From Hydrolagus colliei (taxonomy: Eukaryota): 64,000 nt of DNA. Positions within the stretch are counted from its first letter, which is position 1; each line of letters begins with the position of its first letter. Of the stretch, positions 12,001-23,512 are shown in pieces. The position numbers and the translations under genes are program-made. The notes beneath the pieces were generated by a model, which was given only the letters and a program-made list of their open reading frames with translations, ran no database searches and was not told the origin of the DNA. The DNA is taken from contig CM068743.1 in NCBI GenBank assembly GCA_035084275.1, positions 52,204,001-52,268,000 of the forward strand, given 5' to 3'.

Positions 12001-14967
12001 TTTCTCTGTAAATACTGTAACTATGCTTGACATCAATTACCTGTGAAATGGTTTGACACATCTTTACATGAGAAGGTGTTGTGAAAATGGCAAATTATTT
12101 CCTTTCGCTGACAAAGGGCCAATGGTTTTCCCTGTTGATGGATCTGTTTTAATAAATAATAACATAATTGACATGTTAAAATAGATACATTTATCAGCAA
12201 ACAAAACACAAATACATCAATAGAGAATACCTTGCCATTGTCGGTGAAATTGTAAGTAAGGGGACGGAGAAATCTACAGAAGACTAGATTATTCCTATTT
12301 ACGGAAATGGACACTCTATAACAGAGAAAATGAGAGCAGAAGAGGAACAATTGAAATTGCTCACCTGAAAACTGAAGGAGAAATATAGTCAAGTCAGGTT
12401 AAATGCACGACAACTGGAAGATTCAGGGTCCAAATCCCTGACTGTCCAGTGCCTTGGGTCGTCTGCCCGATGTGAAAGGCACTATACAAAGGTAATTTTG
12501 TATTGTATGTTAAAGCAACAACTTGCATTTATATGTATAGTGATCTTCATGCGGGATAGCGTCCAGGAGCGATTTTAATAAGTTTAGATGTCATGGAAAA
12601 TAGCAGGTTTTGGTCCCTTATTTATTACCAAGCAATGACAAATTCAGCAACTTTGGATGTCACACTGACTTCCCAGCGGCAGTTACAGCGACTGTGGAAA
12701 AAACAAGCGAGAGTGCACTTTTAATTTAAAAAGTGTTTCAGCAAGATAAATCACAGCGTTATGTTGTAGATTTATTACAAATAACATTAAAAGATTTTAT
12801 TAAAAAACATTCTTGTTCCAAATAAATCTTAGCAGCCGATTGAACGAAACACTTCATCTTGAATCCAAAAGATCTTATCTGAGTCTGAAGTAGTAAAAGC
12901 TTGAGATCTGAGAGCTGAAACTAGCAGACCTTGGCAGTAAAAAAAAGTTTTTCCATCAACACTTGGTACAAAAAAGGCGCTTGTATTTCTTTATTCTAAT
13001 GAAATGGGCTAATCTCACAGTTTGGGTGAACCCTCATTTCAGGATCAATAACCATGTCTTATTTCAGAAAGAAACATCTTTGAGACATCTCAAAGTCGCG
13101 ATAAGGACTATATCAAATACAAGGATTCTTATTATTATAAAGGAACTGTGGAGTCTCTTGTAAAGCAAGACGATGAAATATATCCTCAATGCTACGGATT
13201 CCAGCGAGAGGCCCAGTGTAAATGATAAACAGTGCATCAGTGGTGTGGCTCCTAAAAAGGCAAGAAATGGTGAAAGAAGCTGATTGCTCTTCTGTATTTG
13301 CCTGCATGAAAGATGTTGCCCATGTGTCTGCCTAACCAAAAAATCCAATCATTAGATCATATGTCCTGTGCAGTCGTCAGTAAGCCATGTGAAGAGCTGG
13401 ATTTGTGGCATGTTTAAACTTTAGTTGTGGTTTGTACATTCTGTCAAGAAGACTCAACACATTATTTTCCAGACCTCAGGTCAGGATCAAGTTTCAAAAG
13501 AGGAGACCCAGTGAACTATGATTCAGTTGACAGGGAATTCCAATGTAACCGTTTTAAAGTTTACTCTGTTATTTTATGGCTTTGCATTGTGATCAGACAA
13601 ATGTTTTCAAAAATAAAGAAAGGGACTTTTTCTGGAAGCATGTTCTAAGATAGATTGCATTATTCCTAGACGAAACTGAGCAAACCTTAGAATGGCCATT
13701 TGCACCAACAGGAAACAAGCAAGCTATCCATAGCTACAATAGCTAGGTCCACCTAAGCCACAGCTGAGGAGAAAACTTGTTCTTAAACTGAATTAAGCAC
13801 CAAACTGCTTTAAAACTGTAGGTCACCACCTTATCTTACTTCATGAGTTCAAAACTTACAACAATAATACCTGCATAATGTGTTTCAGAGCATGCATGCC
13901 ATCCCTATCACTAATTCATTTAAGATTCCCACAGTTGTGCATACAATGCTCAGTGAAAAGAGATGGCACCTTATTTTTATTGTTGTATGAAACCACTAAC
14001 TTTTTTCACACAGCATGAAGTAGACTTAAAATTAAACTCACTCCTGAAACAATGGTAATGACTGGATTTGGCTGATAAGGATAAGGTGCTGAGATGCCTC
14101 TAGAAGACGTGAAAAGCGCTGTAGAAAATACAAGGAAAGAAGAAGGTATATTCTTAATATTTTTAGTGGGGTTAAGTGGATAGGAGAACCTTGTCCAGAT
14201 ATCTCATCTTATCAAGTTATAGCAACAATACAACCAGTTGGTGTATTAAACACTCTTACCCAAGAAAAACCCCTGAATTATCACCCTTGTTTAGAAAGAA
14301 AAGACTGTCCATATTTATTCTGTATTCTCTGGCTTTTGGTGTTCACTTTAGTAAAATGGGCACTTATCCAGAGATAACAAGTATTTCCTGCTCTCAGCTG
14401 GGGTCCATTTTTGGATTCTTAATAATCATTCCTATTCTCTGATGAGTATCCTTCAGAAATCATCCCCAAAAGGCATCTTGCTGAGACTCAGGAATTTTGT
14501 TTCTTGCCCCGTCTCTATCTGTCTTGAAGTCCTGCCTTAAAACTTTCCTCTTTGGTCACGCCTCACTTCACCTCCCTCTTTCTTTTCCCCCTCTCCCTTC
14601 TCAGTTACTTGACATCCAACGCGGGCATTGTGAAACACACTTCACAGTGACATATTTCTGGTTACCCAAAGGATTCCCATTTAGGCTGCAGAGTTCTGGA
14701 TTGCCTGTAGCCTGTGTAAGGTAGCACTGGGAATTTGGTAAGAAGCAGAACCAATTCAGCAGTTCTGCCTCTGGCATAGCCATCTCACATCAGGAAAGGT
14801 GTCATATTAAATGCAAGGATTATTATTACACTGTATTTTGTGGCAGCCAGTTTGTGCACCATGTCTGCATGGAGTGAATGACTGATTTTATTGATTGAGA
14901 AGTACAGTACATGGAATATCTGGAATGCTATAAAAGTGCAATACGCATCTTTGACAATGCCTCCTTT

Positions 14968-15406
14968 TAATAATAATAATCCTTGCAATTAGTGTCTGAC
15001 GATATATCGATATATCGGTTATATTGGTATAATTTTTCATATTGATATGCCGATATTGGAAATTCAAATATTCAGTATATCGAAAAATTCGATATGAAAA
15101 AAACAATATCGGTAGATCCCAAATATCGGTATATCGTGTCCGGCCATATATCGATATATCGGTTATATCGGTATAAAGTGAACTTTTTCAATTTACCCTG
15201 TCGCCAGCATTGCAAACCTCCTGGGCCTAGAGCACGAATGTGCGCGCATATCGGAATTTTATTAGTGTGTTTTTTTTTGGAGGGATTATTATTAGGCATG
15301 TGGAGTAAGGAAACTTTCCCAAGGTTTCGCCCTGACCTGCCTGGATTCAAACACAGGTCTCAAGCTTGTAAGGTGAGTGGTCTAACTACTAAGCTACAGG
15401 ACTCCA
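14968..15406 (-). mobile_element. tRNA-derived SINE interrupted by a DNA-transposon end
   Basis: Tail at 14968-14989 and head/body at ~15255-15406. The central part is replaced by GATATATCG-rich sequence. Confidence 0.8.
14990..15254 (+). mobile_element. hAT-like non-autonomous DNA transposon end with (CG)ATATATCG/ATATCGG subterminal repeats
   Basis: Starts tagtgtctgacgatatatcgatatatcgg, like the TAGGG..GACGATATATCG ends of fish hAT MITEs. Many ATATCG copies with intact CpG. Confidence 0.6.
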
Positions 15407-15864
15407 GGACCAATACGTTTTTGCAAAAAGAAAGAAAATTGCAATTTACACAATCTGCATTGGGATAATTGGGTATTGATGCAATTTCAGTTGTATTACT
15501 ATGGGAAATTTGCTAAATGGACTTGATAGAAAAATGAAAAACTATAGGTAAAACAAGCCCTCATTTTGCTCAGGGTAGTAATATTTCCATTGGTGCAGAA
15601 ATGCAGGATCATCTCCAACATATAGTCAGTCTACTTTACAGTAAATTCTTTGAAGTCCTTTGAAACGTCCTCCCAATGTGAAAGGCGGTAAATCAAATGT
15701 ACAGATTATTATTAAAAATTAAATAATACAGAATTTGCAGGAAATATTTAAGACGTAGTTGCTAAAATATATACTAAATTCCTCAAAGGGACCAATACTA
15801 GCTTTCTTTCTTTGTACCTGCTTCTCACTTACCTGTCTCTGAAAGAAATAATACAGTCCATAAA

Positions 15865-15990
15865 TAGTTTCCTACTGACTGTTAGGTGAACAGAGGTGTG
15901 CAGAATAATTGCCTAATGTTTCGCCCTACCTGGGAATAGAACCTAGGTCCTTTCGCTTGTGAGGTGAGTGCTCTAACCACTATGCGACAG
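15865..15990 (-). mobile_element. SINE 5' half (long variant)
   Basis: Reverse complement reads gtggttagagcactcacctcacaagcgaaaggacctaggttctattcc...cctctgttcacctaacagt. Confidence 0.8.
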
Positions 15991-16194
15991 CACGCATCAT
16001 TTTTCCCATGTTAACAAAAGTAGTCCAGTTGACTTAGTTTAAAAAAAGAATTGCTGTAACTTTGGACTCGTTTTCAAATCATTCTCCTTTTTGTGTATTC
16101 ACAGCTCTGCCCTTTTGGTAAGGTTTCACTTTCCACTCTACCAGCAAGCCAGTATAATAAGCTGAAATTCCATGACAAGAATCGCGTATTGGAT

Positions 16195-17300
16195 CAAAAT
16201 AGGAACAGGACAGGCCATTCAACCACTCAAGCCTGTTCTACCACTCTATAAGATCATGGTGATTTATACCTCAATTCCAATTACCCACTCTTGCCCCAAA
16301 TTCCTAAATACGCTGATCTAATAAATATTTATCCATCTCAGTCTTGAAAATGTGAATCGATCCAGCATTCACAGGCTTTTGCATGATAGAATTCCAGATT
16401 TCCACTACCCTTTAGGTGAAAAACTGTCTCTTGATTTCACTCCTAAATGGCCTACCTCTAATTTCAAGATTGTGCCTCCTACCTCTCCGACCTGCTGTCC
16501 CCTTATGAACCTGCCAACCCCTCTATTCAGTGGGCTTCGGCCTGCTCCATGTCCCCCACCCAACCCGCCCTACCATCAGTGGACGGACTTTCAGCCTCTC
16601 TGCTCCCGCACTCTGGAACTCCATCCTACAATCCCTTCGCCTCGCTCCCTCCCTCGCCTCCTTCAAGGCCGGTCTCAAGATCCTGCTCTTCAACCGTGCC
16701 TTTTACTGCCCTCCCAACTCTCTCCCACCCCTCCGCCCTACTCTGCCCCTCTCCCTCGCTTGGGTCCCGTCCTGACTGTTCAATACCCTAGAATGTCCTC
16801 CCAACGTGAAATGCATTCTATAAATGTAATTTTGTTGTTGTTCTGGATTCTCCAGCAGAGGAAATAGTTGCTCTGTGGATACCCCATCGAACCTCTTTAT
16901 TATTTTAAAACCCTCAATCAGATCACTTCTCAACCTTCTCAACAAAAGGGAAGAGAGACTATGTTTATTCAACCTGTGCTCACAATTTAACCCTTTACTC
17001 CCTGGTATCATTCTGGTGAATTTGCACTACACCCCCTAGAGCCAATATATCCTTCTTGAAGTGTGGTGCCCAAACATGAACACAGTACTCCAGCTGGAGT
17101 TTGACCAACTCCTCTAAATAGTTGAAGCATAATTTCCTTTCCTTTATATTCCAGACCCCTTGAGATAAATGTTCAACTGCCCATCAGCCTTTTTAATAAC
17201 ATTTTGAACCTGTGAGCTTGGTTTAGTGATTTCTGTACATTGACACCCAAATCCCTTTGCTCTGCCACAGTTTTTTAGTTTCTCATCATTTAGAATCATT
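16195..17300 (-). mobile_element. CR1-clade LINE 3' end, split by an L2 insertion
   Basis: The ORF at 16703-17011 contains LRRLRSDLIEGFKIIKRFDGVSTEQLFPL (CR1 ORF2 C-terminal motif). CR1 tail ggccattcaaccactcaagcctgttc at ~16210. Confidence 0.85.
16475..16840 (+). mobile_element. L2 3' fragment (subfamily A) nested in CR1
   Basis: LLHVPHPTRPTISGRTFSLSAPALWNSI..SLRLAPSLASFKAGLK motif and tail aaatgtaattttgttgttg. Confidence 0.9.
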
Positions 17301-17467
17301 TAGATCTCTAGCCAAATTGCTATTGATATACCTCTCCTGAGGCTAACAGGAGAGGTATATGCTGGATGTAATATTGTATTTTAAATGGAAATGAAAAAGT
17401 GAACCGAGTACAATAATTCAGGATGCACCAGGATAATAGAACTAGAGGATATAAGTTTGGAACAAAA

Positions 17468-17602
17468 GCGTAAAATACTGCAGATGCGAGAAATCTGAAA
17501 CAAAAACAGAAATCACTGGGAACACTCAGCAGGGCAGGCAGCATCTATGGAGAAAGGAAAAGTGAGTCAACGTTTCAAATCCACGACACTTTGTCAGAAC
17601 TC
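17468..17602. mobile_element. One arm of the palindromic Penelope-type element, with a minus-strand hammerhead-like core
   Basis: Clearly homologous to 44184-44315. Appears to lie within an old + strand CR1 3' fragment (~17340-17690). Confidence 0.75.
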
Positions 17603-17914
17603 AAGCTTATTGCTGCGATATGAAGATGGTAGGTTTTGGACGAATGAGATCAGTTTGGTTGAATGGGCTTCTTCATTCAAAACAAGCTTGTGCTCTTGAA
17701 ATGATCCTGTTGTTGTGATTGATGGCCAGGTTGTTTGCTCTTCTGGATCTTCATTCCAACGAGCTGCTTTATTTAATCAAAGCTATCAATTCTTTCAATT
17801 CTGAGCCTTCCAGAGGCGATCGTGCGCATACCGGAAATAATCGACATTAACATTCCCACATACAAATGCTCATTCCTTAATTCCAAAACCTTTAGCTCTC
17901 TGAGGATAAATGCA

Positions 17915-18130
17915 CTGGAATTCTGAACCTATCACATTTCAAAGAACTCAACAAGTAATTACTGTTGGATGCAGTCACGTTTATTTTTGTAGGTAAACAT
18001 ATCAGTTACACACAGCAAAGTCCTACAAACAGCCATGAGATGAATGACTAATTGATTTGGAACACTGTTGGTCAGGACATCGGGAGAAATTCTTCTATTT
18101 ATGAGCAATCTAAAACCATTGACTACAGTC
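17915..18130 (-). mobile_element. Ancient Deu-domain SINE relic
   Basis: cacagcaaagtcctacaaacagccatgagatgaatgacta...tgttggtcaggacatcgggagaaattcttct. Confidence 0.65.
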
Positions 18131-18469
18131 CTGACAGTGAACCTTGGCATTATAGATGTGAAAAGTCCAGCAATCCAGCTGAAGAAAATATAGAAAATCC
18201 ATTTGGACAAATACAAGTAATGCCTGGCAGAGAGCACAGTCAAACGACAATCTCTTTCCAATGAAAACGTCTTGCCGGTATTTGCAAGAAACATTTGTAC
18301 ACAGAGATATTTTCACTTAATTTCCTTCAGCTCAAAGCCAAAAGGAATATATAGGCCTCATTTATCACATTCGCCTCCGTCCGGTGTGTTTGGTAATTTT
18401 GCTGCAAACATTTTCAAAACTATTTTGATGAGCGATGAGCCAATCAACTAAGAACTGGTTTCCTATATC

Positions 18470-18582
18470 TTGCAAGGTAAACAGAGGTGTATGAAGTAAG
18501 GAAACTTACCTGGCCGGGAATCAAATACAGGTCCTCTCACTTGCAAGGCAAATATGCTAACCAAAATGCTTTGGCACTCCAC
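18470..18582 (-). mobile_element. SINE 5' half
   Basis: ggtaaacagagg...agtaaggaaactt...gggaatcaaatacaggtcctctcacttgcaaggc. Confidence 0.75.
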
Positions 18583-19539
18583 TCTTTACCACCGTCAACA
18601 ACTAAACGAATATCTTCTTCGTGCTTGCTCTCATGCATAGGGTTTGAACCCTCATGCTACTAAATCAGAGGTGACCGTGTGAGCAACTGAGCCAGGCTGA
18701 CAATTACAAAATATAGGCACAAGGAGCAAGGAGTATATTGAATATTGTAAAATTCAATGTAAGTTGTTCATACAAATCATCGTAAATATCTACAATATAT
18801 CATTAATGTTATGGATATTTCGCTCAATGGTGGTGTGTGAATTCTCAGATTACAGTTAACATACACATCTGACAGGAGCAAATAGAATGATGATCACACT
18901 AAAGAAGGGAACTCTACATTTGCAAGGAAACAAAACCAGCACCACACTTTGTTGCTCCTCCGAGTCGTAGTTTTTTTTCTTAGCCTTTTAGAATGTGCAA
19001 ATTTATGCTAATTCTTCAATTCTTAATTTGGAAGCTGGTTTGGACATATATAAAGGAAGTTTTTTTTGGTCAACTCTTAAGCATCACCACGCATATGAAT
19101 GCATGCATCCCATCTACACATGGAAATTCCCAAGATATTTGAATTGGAATGCAATGCGCACTCTTTCCCTGGAGGGGTGCATCCTGTTTACCTAATATTC
19201 CAGAGAATATTAGGTGCAGTTTGGCATGAGATATTAGAGTTTTTAAGTGCTCCAAGACACTATTCTGTGGGAAAGGCGCTATATAAATGCAAATTGTTAT
19301 TCCCGTTGTTGACGGTATTGAGCTGAGTGGGAAGAATCCTTGCCCTCAGTAACTGTTTGACCTTCCAAGTCCTACCAATGAGCCAGCCTGCAGGGCAGTC
19401 ACCAGCAGTCCTTGGAGTTCTGTGAATCTGCCTTGCTTAGTAACTGGACTCCTAAGGGAACCACAGAGGGTTGGCTCAATTCTGATATTCTGTTGCCAAA
19501 CAGGTCACCTTGGAGCCAGCTCAGCTCTAATAGATCCTG

Positions 19540-20520
19540 CTTGTGAATACAGGGTGTTGATATTTGCAGATAACACCAAACAGAGGAGTATGGTAAATAA
19601 TGAAGACATTGCAAAGATATAAGATGACAGACAGGCTTCTAGATTAAGCCTATAGGTGGCAGATGAATTTAAATATGGATAAATTATAATAATCCTTGAA
19701 TTTGATATAGCGCCTTATTACATTATCAAGACACTCAAAGGCTTTCATAGGATATATTGTAAAGTGATATGGCTGTGTGTATTTTGTGTGTTGAAGTGAT
19801 TCACTTGGATAGGATGAATAAAGAAATCCCTCATAAATTAAATAGTAAGAACCTAAGAGGAGCAGAGGAGAAAGGGATCTGGGGATTTAGATGAATAATT
19901 ATCTAAAAGTAGCAACACAGGTAGATAGGGCAATAAAGAATGCAATATTGTCATGGACTTTATGCCCAGAGGAATAGAATAAAATAGCAAGGAGGTAATT
20001 TTATATTTCTATAAAACCTTGCTTAGACCACATTTGTAATACAGCTCTGGTCACCATTCTACAAGAAGTAAATTGTGGCAATGGAGAGAGTGCAGCATTG
20101 ATTTAACTGAGAAGGTAGCATGGATGAGAGGATACAGTGATCTGGAAAGACTGAAATGGTTAGAACTTTTTATCCTGGAGATGGAATAATTGAGTTGGAT
20201 GGGGTGGGGGGAGGGGGGCATGGTGCCTTGGAAGAGGTATTCAAAATTATGATGATGTTCCTTATTGTTGGCAAATCCATAACAGGGGGCATAAATATAA
20301 GATAGATTTGAACAGATCAAAAAGAGAGTTTAAGAAAGTGGTGAGAACTTGGAACCCGTTACAGAAGAAAGTTTAAATGTATTTAAGGAAACATGATGTA
20401 TAACTGAAAGAAGGGATTGGAAGTGGAAGAAGGAGACTAGGGAGGGGGATTAGGATGGGTGATCACTCCCATGAGTATGAACACTGGCAAGGACAAGTTG
20501 GAATAAAACGACTGTTTCTT
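19540..20520 (+). mobile_element. Decayed CR1 ORF2 3' part, with a SINE tail inserted at ~19685-19790
   Basis: IFADNTK (FADDTK RT motif) at ~19560, W-Q-M-x-F-N (tggcagatgaatttaaat), YKTLLRPHL (ctataaaaccttgcttagaccacatttg) and a CR1-type tail. Confidence 0.85.
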
Positions 20521-20724
20521 TTTTTCACTAATTTAAAATTATGAGGGAACTCCTGTATAATATCAAACAACTCTATCAGGCCTTCTCTCAGTCATTCTAT
20601 ACAAAACAAATTAATACATAATTTATTTAACACTCCTTTTCCACCCAATTGTTTTTTTTAAATAAATGTTTATTATACTTGCCACCTGGTTGAACTCCAT
20701 GATCAGGGATATTAATAAATAACA

Positions 20725-20945
20725 GCAATAATCTTTGCATTTGATATAGCACCTTATCAAGTCATTGAGATGTCTCAGAGCACTTCACAAAATATACTGT
20801 AAAGTGAATTGATTGGACAACTGTGCATAGCCATTTTGTGGGCAACTGTGCAGCCAACTGTGCATAGCAGTGTTCCATAAACCGCCATGGATTGAATGAC
20901 CAAATTATTATTATTTTACTTATTTGTTTGAAGGGATTAATAAGC
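20725..20945 (-). mobile_element. SINE 3' two-thirds
   Basis: Tail and body match the SINE family; no head. Confidence 0.8.
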
Positions 20946-23019
20946 ATTTAACACAATGTTAAACACATCTAGTCTTGAGGTACGCTGATAATACCATGAA
21001 AAGGGGCCTCACTGTCATCATCCATTTGCTCAGTGGGAATTAGGTGGTGATATTATTGAGAGTAGTCCTACATGGCTAAATAGGTCTATGAAGTACACGG
21101 CTAATTATTTGGTGAAGTTTACTGTAGTTTCTATAAGCTAACCAGACAGTTAATAGTGACACATGCTAGGAGAATCATGCCGGCACTGGGTAAATTATAA
21201 TTTCAGTTGTAGATATTTGCTGTCCCTAAGCTCATAGCTTTGTGGGTTATATGATTCATTATGTTTTAGGCATGTGCCTGGTGGGGGAGTGAATGCAGTG
21301 ACATGGGACTGAAAAAGTTCAACACTGTGTGTTTGATATATTCAGGATTAATCATGGCATTCACATCAGTAAATAAGTCAAAAGTGTGGAAACGAAAACA
21401 GGCAGTGAGGCAGCTAAGTAAGAGTGCAAGAGTTCAATCCCCAAAAAATCACAACCCTTATATCTGAAAATCAGATCTGTTTACATACATAAACTTGTCA
21501 TTGCATTTTAAAGAATGATAAAAAAGTTGTTTATTCCCCGTCTGCTCATGAATCAGATCTTATTCTCCTCCTTGCATCCTGATCTACTTCATGATCTCAG
21601 TATCATATAACATAGCAACATAAAAACAATCCAACTGGACAACCAATAACTGCAGTGCCTTTTATGATTTTTGGACTGAACTAATGCTTTTTTAGCACAT
21701 TATTTATGAAAATAACATTCTGCCAGATCTAAATACTGTTTGTACTTCAGGACAAAGCTATAGTATGTGAGCGATGGAAAGTATATTCCAGGGGAATCTG
21801 AAAACATTGACAATTTGCAGACTCTCAGCATTCTCAGATGTGCTGCAAACTACACAACATGTAAGTGCAAGTCATACAATTTCACAAGAGAAGCTCAGAT
21901 GAAGAAGCCTCTTCCATACTTTTAGACCAAACCTCCTGGTTGTACCTAATCTGCCATATTTCCATGACAGCGTTAAGCTATTTGTTACATTTAAAAACAG
22001 CTTGATATTACAGTACTTTAAAAAAACAGTTTGATGCTATGACTAGGTGGGTGTTTTGGAAAGATGAGATCAGATTGTCCTGGTCTCAACCACTCTTCCT
22101 AGAAACTTGATCCATTTGTTCGTTACCAGATGACAAAGGGTTACCCAGGATTTTGAAAGCCCCTTGAAAACGTAATCCAGTCCTGGGTAGTTATACAGTT
22201 GTGGTAAGAAGAAGTACAGGTAAAGGTACAGAACGTGAGACAGAAGAGACATCAAGTGAGCAGGTTTCAAAATTGAGGGGCAATTAATTAATTGTTACAA
22301 ACTGGGGACATCTACGGAAACACTGCACAGATCATCCCACTCGCGAAAGAAAAGCCATAATTTGTCAAATCTGCAAACAACGCATTAAATTGGGTTTGGT
22401 TCCTAAGTGATTAAAAAAAGTTTTTAAAAAGTGATTAAACGTGATTAAAAATGCTTTTATTAGAAAGCAAGTTGCACCATAACATGTGAAAAGATGAAAC
22501 ATCTGGCGCCTGCTTTACTCTCCAATTCTTAACATTGGAGATGACTTGGTGAAGGGTAATCTGAGTAAAAGCTTCTTCACTCCTAGTGCTTCTGTACAAG
22601 AATGTAATCTGTTTCCCGGTCAACAATCCCTCAGTTAAACTTGAATGGCAGAATGGTGGAGTGTTATTAGTGAAGGTGGGTTGGGTTAAGGAGATGAAAG
22701 TCAGGCTAAATTCCCATTTGCTATGCTATGTTGTATAGGCTCAATCAATTTCTTTGCCAAATTTCTATCTAATTCTTCATTGAAAAATTGTGTGCACCAA
22801 CCTTTATGGTTTGCAAACAAAATAAATTTACTTGATTGAATTTTTCCTGATTGATGCCATAAATCAGGAAATATTCAATCAAGAAAGAACTGAAAACACA
22901 CTTATGATTGAACACAGGTTGGCTGCCATTGTCCTTCACAATGTGCCTCTGCTGGCTCCCTGGGAGGTCTATGCTACTTATTCACCACTCTTTGTGTAAA
23001 GTAATTAAATCTGTCCACG

Positions 23020-23137
23020 TTTTGCCCACAAAATATATAGTCAATTCACTTTACTGTATATTCTGTGAAGCATTTTGAGACATCTCAAAGAACTGATAAG
23101 GCACTATATCAAATGCAAGGATTATCATTATTATTAT
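23020..23137 (+). mobile_element. SINE 3' fragment inserted in an old minus-strand CR1 piece (~22900-23200)
   Basis: ttttgcccacaaaatatatagtcaattcactttac...tatatcaaatgcaaggattatcattattatt. Confidence 0.8.
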
Positions 23138-23330
23138 TTTTATTTGGGGTTTGCCTTTGTGTCCCCTTGTTCTGGATATTTTTACTTCTCTAACCTTCAT
23201 TGCTGTCAAAGCTCACACAATGCATAATAACCACTAGGATGGAATCTGCTACAGTGGAAATGTATCAAAGAAAGGGGAGCCAAATGTGCATTCAGGAGCT
23301 GGGAGAAGGGAGGAGAACATTAGAGAAAAC

Positions 23331-23389
23331 ACCCTTGTAAAAAAGTACCATGGTAATGTTGGTAGTACATGGTACTTTTTTACAAGGGT
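23331..23389. mobile_element. 59-bp miniature inverted-repeat element with perfect 22-bp arms
   Basis: acccttgtaaaaaagtaccatg (23331-23352) and catggtacttttttacaagggt (23368-23389) are exact reverse complements. Confidence 0.7.
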
Positions 23390-23421
23390 AATCAGAGTGG
23401 GAAAAAATAAGTGCTTTAGCA

Positions 23422-23512
23422 TCTAGGGGGTTGCACCCGAGGTCTGAAAGTACTTTGAGATGCCGTCCGGTGTGGAGGGCACTATATAAATCAAAGTTGT
23501 TATTGTTGTTGA
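23422..23512 (-). mobile_element. L2 subfamily-B 3' tail (tail reads on + strand: gagatgccgtccggtgtggagggcactatataaatcaaagttgttatt; strand should be taken as +)
   Basis: Matches the tails at 25500-25577 and 52040-52128. Confidence 0.6.

Noticed and set aside
14995-15175. CRISPR-like or iteron-like repeat array
   Set aside because: Repeats are short, irregularly spaced and in both orientations. The context is eukaryotic and there are no cas genes.
15094-15468. 124-aa and antisense 92-aa ORFs rich in Y/R/I/D
   Set aside because: Translation of ATATCG transposon subrepeats fused to a SINE.
21751-21860. AG...GTAAGT-bounded + strand exon candidate
   Set aside because: Stops in all three frames from the best acceptor and no recognisable peptide.
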